From NCBI GenBank assembly GCA_032718475.1, contig JAUCBJ010000751.1, positions 1 through 64,000 on the forward strand: 64,000 bases of DNA, read 5' to 3'. Below, piece after piece: positions 27,021 to 39,061 of the stretch; position 1 is the stretch's first letter; each line of letters begins with the position of its first letter. The position numbers were made by a program, and so were the translations under genes. Source of the DNA: Nemertoderma westbladi (taxonomy: Eukaryota > Animalia > Xenacoelomorpha). The notes beneath the pieces are model-generated. The model saw only the letters and a program-made list of their open reading frames with translations. It did no database searches and had not been told where the DNA came from.

Positions 27021-27977
27021 ATGCCGCCTAAATCCAAAGGGAAGATCACGTCCCCGCCCACGGCGGACAGCAGCGACGGCGATGAAACTCTAGAAGCCCG
27101 AGGCGGCAGGCGCGCCCCTATCCGAATGGACGACCTCGCGCGAATCCTCGCCCAACAGCAGACTGCTATGGCTCAGCTGCTGGCGCAACAGCAGGAGGAC
27201 GCCAACCGTCGCCAGGAGGCTGCGGATGACCGCCTACTTCAACAACAGGCGGCCGCAGACGACCGCATCGCTAAACTCCTCGCGGCTTTACAACCCGGCA
27301 TGGCGGCGGCCGCCACACCGGAACTACCGACGACCCAACCCACGTACGCGGGGGCCGTCACGAACCCGGTTCCCCGACGCCGGGTAATCGACATCTCGAC
27401 GATGGAGAAGATCGACGTGGACGTCGAGTTCTCCATGTTCCGCCGGTGGAGACAGGCTTGGCGGGTCCACGCCCACCGACAACAGGTCGCTACGTTCCCG
27501 CGAGCAGAGCAGGTTTATGCTCTCGTTGCTGCCCTCGGTAGCGGCCTACAGGAGACCATCCGCGTCACCCTACACGTGGACATCGACGCGGACGATACAA
27601 CCACAGAGACGGTCCTCGATGCACTCCAGGGCCACCTCCGCGCCAAGAGGAGTATCGCGATCGACGCGATCAAGTTCCACGAGCGCCGGCAAGGCGCGAC
27701 CGAGGGATTCGATTCCTTCCGGGTGGCCCTGGAGGATCTCGCAGACACTGCGGAGCTCTGTGGGAACTGCCGCGACCGGCAGATCGTTACCCAGATCCTA
27801 GTGGGTCTCCGATGTTCAGAGACCCGGACGGAACTCCTCAAGGTTCTTCCTCAACTGACCCTCGAGGACTGCGTGAGGATCGCGCAGAGCGTGGAAGCCA
27901 GCGAATGGAACGACTCGATCCTCGCGAGCGGGAAACCAGTAAACCTCATCACCCGACCCTGCGTGGCGGAACCCTAG
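27021..27977 (+). CDS. Gypsy/Mag Gag (frameshifted just before the zinc knuckles)
   Basis: KFHERRQGATEGFDSFRVALEDLADTAELC...RDRQIVTQILVGL...LTLEDCVRIAQSVE. Knuckles CGNCGREPH...C and CHGCGRTGHIKRMC lie in the downstream pol frame. Confidence 0.88.
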   Translation: MPPKSKGKITSPPTADSSDGDETLEARGGRRAPIRMDDLARILAQQQTAMAQLLAQQQEDANRRQEAADDRLLQQQAAADDRIAKLLAALQPGMAAAATPELPTTQPTYAGAVTNPVPRRRVIDISTMEKIDVDVEFSMFRRWRQAWRVHAHRQQVATFPRAEQVYALVAALGSGLQETIRVTLHVDIDADDTTTETVLDALQGHLRAKRSIAIDAIKFHERRQGATEGFDSFRVALEDLADTAELCGNCRDRQIVTQILVGLRCSETRTELLKVLPQLTLEDCVRIAQSVEASEWNDSILASGKPVNLITRPCVAEP

Positions 27978-27990
27978 CGGCCGCAGTTGC

Positions 27991-29640
27991 GGCAACTGCG
28001 GCCGGGAACCCCATGAGGCGGGCTCGGAATGCCCCGCCAAGGGGGTCAAGTGCCACGGCTGTGGCAGGACGGGGCATATCAAGCGGATGTGCCGGTCCCG
28101 ATCCGCCACCAAGAAGAGGGTGTCCACAGTGTACCACTGCCAGAGTATTAGCAGCGTTGCCAACAATCAGGAAACAGCCTGCAAACTCTCTTATATCGCG
28201 GTGGGCCTGACGGACTCCGGGATCGGGAACCTCAAGGGGACGGTTCGTCACTCCCTCCCGGACAGTGGTGCGGCCGCTAACATCTTTAACCAGGGACTGT
28301 TTCTCCGGTTCGGAGGGCGACTCGACGACCTCCTCCCGCTTCGAGATGACGACAAGTTCGAGGCGGCCAACCGACTCCCCATGGCGGCCGTGGGGAGGTA
28401 CCCAGTGGAGATCAACTACTGCGGGACGACAGCGACCACTGAGCTGGTCATCTCTCCTGAGTCCGACGGACTGATCCTCTCGAAGAAGTCCATCCAGGAC
28501 CTGGACATCCTCCCGCGCACCTTCCCGGCGCCCCTACACAGCCGCGGAACCGTCGCTTCTGTTGCTCCGTCCCCGGCGATCCGCTCCCGGGACAATCTCC
28601 TCCGCGAGTTCAGCGACGTGTTTGACAACGACTCCGCGCCTCTTCCAATGATGCATGGCCCGCCCATGCGTATCCAGCTGAAGGACGGGGCCAAGCCGTT
28701 CCACGTCAACGGCGCAAGACCTGTCCCGTTCGCGATGCGGGATGAGGTGAAAGAACTCCTCGACAAGCTAGAGCGACGGGAAGTCATCACCCGGGTCGAG
28801 GAACCTACGGAATGGGCCCATCCGATGACGGTGGCGCCTAAACCCAACGGAGGACTGCGACTCTGCGTGGACCTCCGCCACCTAAACTCGCAGGTCCGAC
28901 GCCCCTATTACCCGACGCCGAATCCACGGACCGCAGTCGCCGGAGTCTCCACGACTGCAAAGATTTTCTCCGTGTTCGACGCAGCCAGTGGCTACTGGCA
29001 GGTTCCCCTCAATGAGGAATCCCAACTCCTCACCACCTTCGCGACTCCCTGGGGCCGGTACTGTCACACTCGTAGTGTGATGGGGCTGATCTCGTCCGGC
29101 GACGAGTTTAACCGTCGAGGCGACGACGCCATCCAGGGACTTCCTAACCTCATCAAGGTTGTAGACGATGTACTCCTCTACAACGATACAATGGAGGAAC
29201 ACATGGAGAACATCGCGAGGTTTATGGAGCGGTGCCGGACCTACGGGATCATGTTACACCCGGGGAAGGTTCAGTTTGCCCAGACCGAGGTTCGGTTCGC
29301 TGGGTACCTCGTCGGCGCCTCCGGGATAAAAGCCGACCCTGAGAAACTGAAGGCGATCGCCGGCTTCCCCTGCCCTGGGAACATCACCGATCTACGGAGC
29401 TTCCTCGGACTGGTGGAGCAACTCGCTCCGTTCTCAGCAGACATCGCTGCCGCGATGTCCCCGCTACGTCCCCTCCTAAGCACGAAGGCGACCTTCATCT
29501 GGACGGTGGACCACAAACGGGCCTTCGAGGCCACCAAGCTGGCTCTGACGTCACCGCCGGCCCTCGTCCCGTTCGACACGACCCGGGAGACCCGCCTAGT
29601 GACAGACGTGTCCCGGCTGAAGGGCCTCGGCTACGCCCTC
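27991..29640 (+). pseudogene. Gypsy/Mag Zn knuckles + protease + reverse transcriptase + truncated RNase H
   Basis: PDSGAAANI (PR); WAHPM...GLRLCVDLRHLN, FDAASGYWQVPL and VVDDVLL (RT); LVTDVSRLKGLGYALL (RNase H start). No integrase. Confidence 0.93.
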
Positions 29641-32600
29641 TTACTGGCACATAACTGTTTATAAACTAACCTTACTGGCACATAACTGTTTATAAACTAA
29701 CCTTATTGGCAGAGAACTGTTTATAAACTAACCTTACTGGCATATAACTGTTTATAAACTAACCCTACTGGCAGAGAACTGTTTATAAACTAACCTTACT
29801 GACAGAGAACTGTTTATAAACTAACCTTACTGACAGAGAACTGTTTATAAACTAACCTTACTGGCATATAACTGTTTATAAACTAACCCTACTTGCAGAG
29901 AACTGTTTATAAACTAACCTTACTGACAGAGAACTGTTTATAAACTAACCTTACTGGCAGATAACTGTTTATAAACTAACCTTACTAACAGAGAACAGTT
30001 TATAAACTAACCTTACTGGCACATAACTGTTTATAAACTAACGTTATTGGCAGATAACTGTTTATAAACTAACCTTACTGGCAGAGAACTGTTTATAAAC
30101 TAACCTTACTGACAGATAACTGTTTATAAACTAACCTTACTGGCAGAGAGCTGTTTATAAACTAACCTTACTGACAGAGAACTGTTTATAAACTAACCTT
30201 ACTGACAAAGAACTGTTTATAAACTAACCTTACTGGCATATAACTGTTTATAAACTAACCTTATTGGCAGAGAACTGTTTATAAACTAACCTTACTGGCA
30301 TATAACTGTTTATAAACTAACCCTACTGGCAGAGAACTGTTTATAAACTAACCTTACTGGCAGAGAACTGTTTATAAACTAACCTTACTGACAGAGAACT
30401 GTTTATAAACTAACCTTACTGACAGATAACTGTTTATAAACTAACCTTACTGGCAGAGAACTGTTTATAAACTAACCTTACTGGCACATAACTGTTTATA
30501 AACTAAACTTACTGGCACATAACTGTTTATAAACTAACCTTATTGGCAGAGAACTGTTTATAAACTAACCTTACTGGCATATAACTGTTTATAAACTAAC
30601 CCTACTGGCAGAGAACTGTTTATAAACTAACCTTACTGACAGAGAACTGTTTATAAACTAACCTTACTGGCAGATAACTGTTTATAAACTAACCTTACTG
30701 GCAGAGAACTGTTTATAAACTAACCTTACTGGCACATAACTGTTTATAAACTAACCTTATTGGCAGAGAACTGTTTATAAACTAACCTTACTGGCAGAGA
30801 ACTGTTTATAAACTAACCTTACTGACAGATAACTGTTTATAAACTAACCTTACTGGCAGAGAACTGTTTATAAACTAACCTTACTGACAGAGAACTGTTT
30901 ATAAACTAACCTTACTGGCAGAGAACTGTTTATAAACGAACCTTACTAGGAGAGAACTGTTTATAAACTAACCTTACTGGCAGAGAACTGTTTATAAACT
31001 AACCCTACTGGCAGATAACTGTTTATAAACTAAACTTACTGACAGATAACTGTTTATATACTAACCTTACTGGCAGATAACTGTTTATAAACTAACCTTA
31101 CTGACAGAGAACTGTTTATAAACCAACCTTACTGGCAGATAACTGTTTATAAACTAACCTTACTGGCAGAGAACTGTTTATAAACTAACCTTACTGACAG
31201 AGAACTGTTTATAAACGAACCTTACTGGGAGAGAACTGTTTATAAACTAACCTTACTGGCAGAGAACTGTTTATAAACTAACCTTACTGGCAGAGAACTG
31301 TTTATAAACTAACCTTACTGGCAGAGAACTGTTTATAAACTAACCTTACTGACAGATAACTGTTTATAAACTAACCTTACTGGCAGAGAACTGTTTATAA
31401 ACTAACCTTACTGGCACATAACTGTTTATAAACTAAACTTACTGGCACATAACTGTTTATAAACTAACCTTATTGGCAGAGAACTGTTTATAAACTAACC
31501 TTACTGGCATATAACTGTTTATAAACTAACCCTACTGGCAGAGAACTGTTTATAAACTAACCTTACTGACAGAGAACTGTTTATAAACTAACCTTACTGG
31601 CAGATAACTGTTTATAAACTAACCTTACTGGCAGAGAACTGTTTATAAACTAACCTTACTGGCACATAACTGTTTATAAACTAACCTTATTGGCAGAGAA
31701 CTGTTTATAAACTAACCTTACTGGCAGAGAACTGTTTATAAACTAACCTTACTGACAGATAACTGTTTATAAACTAACCTTACTGGCAGAGAACTGTTTA
31801 TAAACTAACCTTACTGACAGAGAACTGTTTATAAACTAACCTTACTGGCAGAGAACTGTTTATAAACGAACCTTACTAGGAGAGAACTGTTTATAAACTA
31901 ACCTTACTGGCAGAGAACTGTTTATAAACTAACCCTACTGGCAGATAACTGTTTATAAACTAACCTTACTGACAGATAACTGTTTATATACTAACCTTAC
32001 TGGCAGAGAACTGTTTATAAACTAACCTTACTGACAGAGAACTGTTTATAAACTAACCTTACTGGCAGATAACTGTTTATAAACTAACCTTACTGGCAGA
32101 TAACTGTTTATAAACTAACCTTACTGACAGAGAACTGTTTATAAACGAACCTTATTGGGAGAGAACTGTTTATAAACTAACCTTACTGGCAGAGAACTGT
32201 TTATAAACTAACCTTACTGGCAGAGAACTGTTTATAAACTAACCTTACTGGCAGAGAACTGTTTATAAACTAACCTTACTGACAGAGAACTGTTTATAAA
32301 CTAACCTTACTGACAGAGAACTGTTTATAAACTAACCTTACTGACAGAGAACTGTTCATAAACTAACCTTACTGACAGAGAACTGTTTATAAACTAACCT
32401 TACTGGCAGAGAACTGTTTATAAACTAACCTTACTGACAGATGACTGTTTATATACTAACCTTACTGGCAGAGAACTGTTTATAAACTAACCTTACTGAC
32501 AGAGAACTGTTTATAAACTACCCTTACTGGCAGAAAACTGTTTATAAACTAACCTTACTGGGAGAGAACTGTTTATAAACTAACCTTACTGGCAGAGAAC

Positions 32601-33201
32601 TGTTTATAAACTAACCTTACTGACAGATAACTGTTTATAAACTAACCTTACTGACAGAGAACTGTTTATGAACGAACCTTACTGGGAGAGAACTGTTTAT
32701 AAACTAACCTTACTGGCAGAGAACTGTTTATAAACTAACCTTACTGGCAGAGAACTGTTTATAAACTAACCTTACTGGCAGAGAACTGTTTATAAACTAA
32801 CCTTACTGACAGAGAACTGTTTATAAACGAACCTTACTGGGAGAGAACTGTTTATAAACTAACCTTACTGGCAGAGAACTGTTTATAAACTAACCTTACT
32901 GACAGAGAACTGTTTATAAAGTAACCTTACTGGCAGAGAACTGTTTATAAACTAACCTTACTGACAGAGGACTGTTTATAAACTAACCTTACTGACAGAG
33001 AACTGTTTATAAACTAACCTTACTGCCAGAGAACTGTTCATAAACTAACCTTACTGACAGAGAACTGTTTATAAACTAACCTTACTGGCAGAGAACTGTT
33101 TATAAACTAACCTTACAGACAGAGAACTGTTTATAAACTAACCTTACTGACAGTGAACTGTTTATAAACTAACCTTACTGGCAGAGAACTGTGTATAAAC
33201 T
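29640..33201. repeat. 31-bp satellite array, segment 4 (right edge)
   Basis: Same monomer with more private variants toward the edge; ends at ...GTGTATAAACT. Confidence 0.98.
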
Positions 33202-33492
33202 TTAGTAAGGTCGTCCAATGAATATTCCATTAGGACTCGACTGTAAACGCTTTTAGGGTTGGATTGCTCCGTCGGGCGCAATCCGCACAGTAAACGTTAA
33301 ACCGAGAGGAAGAAGGCGATGTAAGATTAGAGGAAGTTTTAGTGACGAATAAAATACAGAATACTTCAACCTAAAAATATAATAAATAATTAATTAACTT
33401 CACAAATTATGTAAAACGGCCCGAATACAAATATAACCGTTCACTAATGGCTTGTAGTTCTGACTCGCCCCACAAAATACATTGCAGTATAA

Positions 33493-33578
33493 AGGTCTGT
33501 ATAATGTGTGTAAGTTAGTCTACAGGTCTGTATAATGTGAGTAAGTTAGTCTACAGGTCTGTATAATGTGTGTAAGTT
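33493..33578. repeat. About 2.8 copies of a different 31-bp tandem repeat
   Basis: AGGTCTGTATAATGTGTGTAAGTTAGTCTAC repeated. Confidence 0.9.
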
Positions 33579-33650
33579 TAAGTACTGACCTCGCATTGAC
33601 TGCAATACTGGGCTGGTTCTCCCTGCTTCTTCCCATGCCATCTAACGGCT

Positions 33651-36600
33651 ATGTTCGACTTCCTCAAACCTTCTAAAGTTAATCGACAGTGCGTAAGCAA
33701 CCGCAGGAGGGCGTACCTAAACATAAGAGATACCGAGAGTAAACGCAGGATGGCGTACCTAAACATAAGAGATACCGTGAGTAACCACAGGAGGGCGTAC
33801 CTAAACATAAGAGTTACCGTGAGTAACCGCAGGAGGGAGTACCTAAACATATGAGATACCGTGAGTAACAGCAGGAGGGCGTACCTAAACATAAGAGATA
33901 TCGTGAGCAACCGCAGGAGGGCGTACCTAATCATAAGAGATACCGTGAGTAACCACAGGAGGGCGTACCTAAACATAAGAGATACCGTGAGTAACAGCTT
34001 ACAACGTCCGCCAATTGAGGCCGCTCGTGTCGACGGTATACTCGTTGAACCTCCGGACAATCGAGCGGATCTTGTCCGTCGTATGGTACACGAGGTCAAC
34101 CTACGCGCTAGACCTTTACCGAACTCATTTTATGGGATCAAAGACCATCCTTATTATGTTAATCTAACTCAATATTATATGGTGAAACCAGAAGATCCTA
34201 CACACAGTTTAAAGTTTCTACCACTGATAAATCCCCCCGATCTTGTCGAACTCGAACAACTACAGAAACATCTGGATCAGTTAGTGAAAGTAAACTCATT
34301 CAGAAAACCTTACAATGTTTCTAGAATAGAAAAAGATATAATTCCCCCATATAATCTCGATGGATTTATTAAAACTCGATTAGTCCATTGGAATCTCGAT
34401 GTATAATTCGAGGAAGAGAGAATACAGCGATATGGAGATGTAGAGACGTATACTACACATTATCTGAAGTATAGCGATCTACCTAGCGCTAGCGAACGCG
34501 CCACTTTTTGGCATCCGGTGGGTATGACCATAGAAAACGCCACCAAAGAGTGGAACGAAACTCTTAATGTTATCGAAATGTATGGAGTTGTCACTTACGA
34601 TAACGAAGGCAGCGTTCCGGTTGGAGAACTGGGAACTATGTGGATGATACACATACGTGGGCTAGCTGGTTCTACCCATGTGTTTACCCGAGCGTGTTCC
34701 GACGTGATCGATTATTCTTTTGAGACTCTCACAGAAATCCAAAAGAAACTCCGACATGGACAATTCGAACTCGCACAGCGTTACTTCACCGATACCGAGC
34801 GCAAACCAGCCATAGGTATAGATGGATCGATGTTACCCCAACCAGTGCTCGAGATGTTGTTTAACGAAAGAATCCTTAAAATCGGGTCAGCTGTTTATGG
34901 AGATCTCCAGAACGACTTCAGGAACATGGAGAATATCCCATATCCTTTCGTAGACACCCAGCTGATTGCTCCCTGGGCAGAAGGCCAAGGTTTCTTCCGC
35001 ACTATGTATGCCAATACATCCAGCGGCATCAATAAAGTACAACGAACCTCCATCGGACATCTTGCCTTTCAAGAATACGGATGGGATTTCAAAGTCGGAA
35101 ACCCTATCAACTATCAACAAGTATATGGAGATCATTATTCTTGATTATACTTCGACGGACCATTGACTGCACCTGGCGTCGTGTATAGCTTCATGAGTGT
35201 TCCACTTCATCCCTCATTAGCTATATACACTATCTTCGAAAACGCCGCACTTGCCGGTTGGTTAGCCGATGTGTGCAGTCGTACTATACGCGCCCATCCC
35301 TTGTTACTTGGAACCAAACTCGCCAAGCTAGATGAACACAATAAATTCATCCGCTTTGAATGTTTTAGGCGCTTTCTGACTCTGTTCCGTAACGTCGATA
35401 GTCAGTTCAAGGACCGTGATCTGACTAAGCTCAGCCTAAGAGACTCAGCGGCTGAGATGTTAGACAGTGCTGGATTTGCCATTTTCAAGGACGTTTGTAT
35501 ACAGAACTTACATTCCTCTGTCATACAAAGACCCCAAATCCCCACAGGTTATTCTATCGTGGAAGTTCAAACAGTGGGTTCGCTTGAGAAGACAGCTACA
35601 TCTACCTCAGCTATGCAATTGGAAGACAAACCAATATGCTTAGAATCCGAAGAGATTCAGCCCACAGCGCCCAGGAGCAGTGACAACGACTACGTCCTGG
35701 AATGGTATCAAGGTCCACAATGTCTCACCGCATACGACTATTGGCATGCCAATTATGTTTCTAGGAAACGTTGCCGATTATGCGCATCACGAGACCATTT
35801 CACACCGGTGGACTCCAGCATACCCTGCTCCTACTTCCAAGACCAACCTACAATGGAGATCTATTGTGCGTATTGTAGACTCAATAACTTACACATCTTT
35901 GCAGTCTGCCCTCAATTTATGACTCAATGCCATCATTGCCAGTTTAAAGGACACGCAAGTTTTGATTGCCCTTTCAACCGAGATCTGGAAAGCGTAGACG
36001 AAATGGTTGCCCTGCGCTACATCCGAGCCTGGGAAGGTAACGCGGATCTCCATTGTGAGTCACGTCATCGATACTACCCTGGAAGGAGTTTATGAAGGAG
36101 TTTATGCGTTTCACACGTATCTCTTTGCTTCCGTTGAGCAAAAATCTCGCACACCGAGCTACGAGCTAATGAAGCGCGTTGGCGAGAATATTTCGACCAA
36201 ATTTGTTCGAAAGTACCTCAGGAACATTAATCCTAATGACCTTAATTCCTATAACTTGATCAACTTCATCTGTCAAGATCCGGAATATGGTGACTTGTTC
36301 ATCAACTCGCATCCAGAACTACAGGAAGTTCATAGACGACCCTATGAATATAGAGCCCAAGAACGCGAGTTAGAAAGAACCGTCACACTGAGAAAATTCC
36401 TCACTACTCACGGTCCACCTACCGCTCTCGTGCAAACGACTCGTCACGGACCAGTAAGAGCTGCTGTCTTGAAACGCGCTCTAAAGGTTGTTCGACCTCG
36501 TTCCACTGAGGTTGATATCGATCAACCGGGTACCTCGACCGGCGGATACACCGACCGTAACCCTAAACCTTCCGATGCAATTGTATTGCACCCTTCACCC

Positions 36601-36702
36601 AGGAGTTATAGTCCTCCTAGTAAAGTGGCTCGCCCAAAAGAGAAAAGGACTCTTGCTAGCCTCAAAAAACTTCGTAAACGCCGTTCACGTAAGAAGGACT
36701 AA
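33651..36702 (+). pseudogene. Disrupted ~1000-aa accessory ORF: Arg-rich 14-aa repeats, DEDDy (WRN/EXD-like) 3'-5' exonuclease, Cys/His zinc knuckles, basic NLS-like tail
   Basis: ORFs at 33651, 33861, 34518 and 35163 share one frame, separated by single stops; one frameshift leads to 36007-36702. Motifs VVTYDNEG (ExoI), LPQPVLEMLFNERILKIGSAVYGDL...FVDTQ (ExoII region), PLHPSLAIYTIFE (ExoIII-like), CHHCQFKGHASFDC. Confidence 0.72.
33690..33996 (+). repeat. 42-bp coding tandem repeat, about 7 copies (VSNRRRAYLNIRDT)
   Basis: GTGAGTAACCACAGGAGGGCGTACCTAAACATAAGAGATACC units; one copy carries AGA>TGA. Confidence 0.95.
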
Positions 36703-36771
36703 TTGTTTAGAGTATTTTTATATTTTAGAAACTGTGATTTTTTATATTTTATAGAATTAAATCCCATTCTC

Positions 36772-36860
36772 TGGGAGCGGTGTAAAAGCTTTTGCAGACA
36801 TAACAAGTCATTTTTCCCCGCAATGCGCAGTGTAGGTTCTTTAGCGGACAGTAACATATT
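36772..36860 (+). mobile_element. PPT and start of a 3' LTR related to BEL family B (right end not determined)
   Basis: TGGGAGCGG|TGTAAAAGCTTTTGC...AGTCATTTTTCCCCGCAA aligns with 50014-50065; similarity fades after about 70 bp. Confidence 0.82.
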
Positions 36861-37148
36861 TGCAATACTGCAATATCAAAGATTGACAGTTTATATTAGT
36901 GTGTATATAATTATCATTAGGCTACTAGGCCAAGTGGTAGTACAGTCACAAATCGTTATTAATACAGCAGTACATAGTTAGAATACCTAAAGTATTACAT
37001 ATTCAAATTTCCCTCCACCTCATTAATCCATAAATCTACTACAATTCCTTTTTTTTTCAAATTAATGTTTAGACCAGATTATACATTAATTATTATAGTT
37101 TACTATAATAGTCTAGTGTATTATTATAGTTTGTGTTCCATTATGATT

Positions 37149-37375
37149 TCAATTTTCATAAGCACAGTCCTTCAGTCGATCACTATTCCTGATGTCTGCG
37201 TTTGACATATTTTTATATTTGTCCATCAATATGTTCGCCTTTGGACCTAATGCCTCGGGGTGTATAGGTCGAATATGTCGGCGGTTGCGATACAACAACT
37301 TTCCAGATGGAACTAGTAATCTATATCGACGATTTCCACAGTGTCTAACAACCATTGCAGGCGTATCCCATCTGA
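37149..37375 (-). pseudogene. Fragment of a Gypsy/Mag integrase C-terminus
   Basis: RWDTPAMVV...RRYRLLVPSGKLLYRNRRHIRP matches the W..G.V...Y.V...G...RNRRHLR pattern. Confidence 0.7.
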
Positions 37376-37509
37376 TTCAGCATATCATCAGACTATTTAT
37401 AATTTGAGAATATATGAAAGTTACTATATGCCAGACTTAAGTTTTAATTATTTCGTTTCAATTTCTTATAATGCAACCAACCACCCACACATCCCATACA
37501 CACCTAAAT

Positions 37510-37900
37510 AACACTACTAATAATTAATTTGAAAATTATTTATAATTATTAAATATCAATAACTAAAATATATATCGATGTTTTTTTAAACTTTTTCAAT
37601 TTTTTGAATTACTTTAACACATAGACTCAATTTTATTTTGTTTTATCCATGGGCTAATTCATTTTCAGAAATTAATACTTTTTAGTATTAAATAATTAAT
37701 AAATTATTAATAACAAAAATATATATCGATAAATTTTTTTACATTTTTGTTTTTTTGCATTACTTTAACACATAGACTCCAAATTTCCATGATATATCCA
37801 CGGGTTAATTAAGTGATTGGTCACTAATATTTATAAGTATTAAATAAATATTAAATTACTTATAAATAAAATTTTCTTTGATAATTTTTTTTAATTTTTC
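37510..37900. repeat. Degenerate ~150-bp AT-rich tandem repeat (2-3 copies)
   Basis: ATATATATCGAT...ATTACTTTAACACATAGACTC at about 37568 and 37718; a weaker third copy. Confidence 0.65.
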
Positions 37901-37992
37901 GAAATCGGATCGTTTTGGGTCAAAGAGTCACAAAATATAACCCAAATTCTTGGGCTAATTTTTTCGACTAAATCTGTATTCAGCCCCAGGGT

Positions 37993-38337
37993 GCCGTGCC
38001 AGTGTAGAAGCGTGGCCCAGCTCCCGGGTAGAGAAGTGACACATCACCCCGTGCCCGTGTAGAAGCATGACCCTGCGCCCGCGTAGAGATGTGACCCGGC
38101 GCACGGGTAGAGACTCAACACATCACCCTGTGCCCATGTAGAAGCGTGACTCCGCACCCGTGTAGAAACGTGACCCTGCGCCCGTGTAGAGACGTGACCC
38201 GGCGCCCGGGTAGAGACGTGACACATCACCCCGTGCCTGTGTAGAAGCGTGACCCCGCGCCCATGTAGAAGCGTGACCCTGCGCCCGTGTAGAGGCGTGA
38301 CCCCGCGCCCGTGTAGAAGCATGACCCTGTGACCCGA
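37993..38337. repeat. GC-rich 24/34-bp minisatellite, left part
   Basis: GCCCGTGTAGAAGCGTGACCCCGC units interspersed with GTGACACATCACCC-containing longer units. Confidence 0.93.
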
Positions 38338-38344
38338 CAGGGTA

Positions 38345-39061
38345 TTGCCTGATAACTTTATAGAAGTAAAGGTGTCTGAGTCTGTACTCCCAGATATTTC
38401 CATTGGCGATATCTCCTTTGCAGAAGTGAAGGCTGCTGCAAAGAGCATTAAGACCAATCGTGCCAGTGGAGTAGATGGTGTTCCCCCTGAGGTCTTTAAA
38501 ATACCTGAGTGTTTAAAGCTCATCTATCCCATCATAGTAGACATGTACCGTACAACAAGAGTCCCACAAGAAATGAAAACAAATAAGTTGGTGCCAGTTC
38601 CCAAGAAGGGCAACCTAACACTCTATGGTTCCTTTCGGGGAATCTCATTGATCTCGATTGCTGTAAAGCTATACAATAGGATTCTATTAAATCGCATCAG
38701 GGATCCCATTGAGAGACTGCTCCGTGGAAATCAGAATGGGTTCCGTAAAGGTCGTGGGACCATGGAGCCCATTTTGGCACTTAGAAGGATAATTGAAGAA
38801 TTATCAAAAAAGAAAGACAGGCATCTGGCTGTTATCTTTGTTGACTTCTTCAAGGCCTTTGATTCAGTCTCACGCTCACGTATGTTCAGCATACTTTCAT
38901 TATATGGGATTCCTGATGAAATTATTGCAGCAATCAGATCAGTATACGATGGTTCGACAACATTTGTGTCTACTGTTGACGGTGACACAGAACCATTTGA
39001 AGTGTTATGGGGCGTCCTCCAAGGAGACACACTGGCACCATTCTTGTTCATTATTGTGGTT
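38345..39061 (+). pseudogene. LINE reverse transcriptase, N-terminal half
   Basis: RASGVDGVPPE, FRGISLIS, NQNGFRKGRGT, FVDFFKAFDSV, GVLQGDTLAPFLF. Confidence 0.95.

Larger units (their letters stand above)
26755..29640 (+). mobile_element. 3'-truncated Ty3/gypsy LTR retrotransposon, Mag-like
   Basis: Short LTR, tRNA PBS, gag with two CCHC knuckles, PR, RT and start of RNase H. Sharply GC-rich relative to flanks. Cut off by satellite at 29640. Confidence 0.92.

Noticed and set aside
27940-27990. Programmed gag-pol frameshift in the Mag-like element
   Set aside because: The shift falls before the Gag zinc knuckles and no clear slippery heptamer is present; more likely a mutation.
69-33201. 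CRISPR array (31-bp partly palindromic repeat)
   Set aside because: Monomers are contiguous with no unique spacers, there are no cas genes, and the context is eukaryotic.
69-33201. Satellite as a coding repeat or telomere repeat
   Set aside because: 31 is not a multiple of 3 and stops arise within a few units on both strands; the array is internal, with unique flanks and no G-rich strand.
33578-34099. Hydrophobic minus-strand membrane protein
   Set aside because: Antisense shadow of the 42-bp repeat; the plus frame continues into the long ORF.
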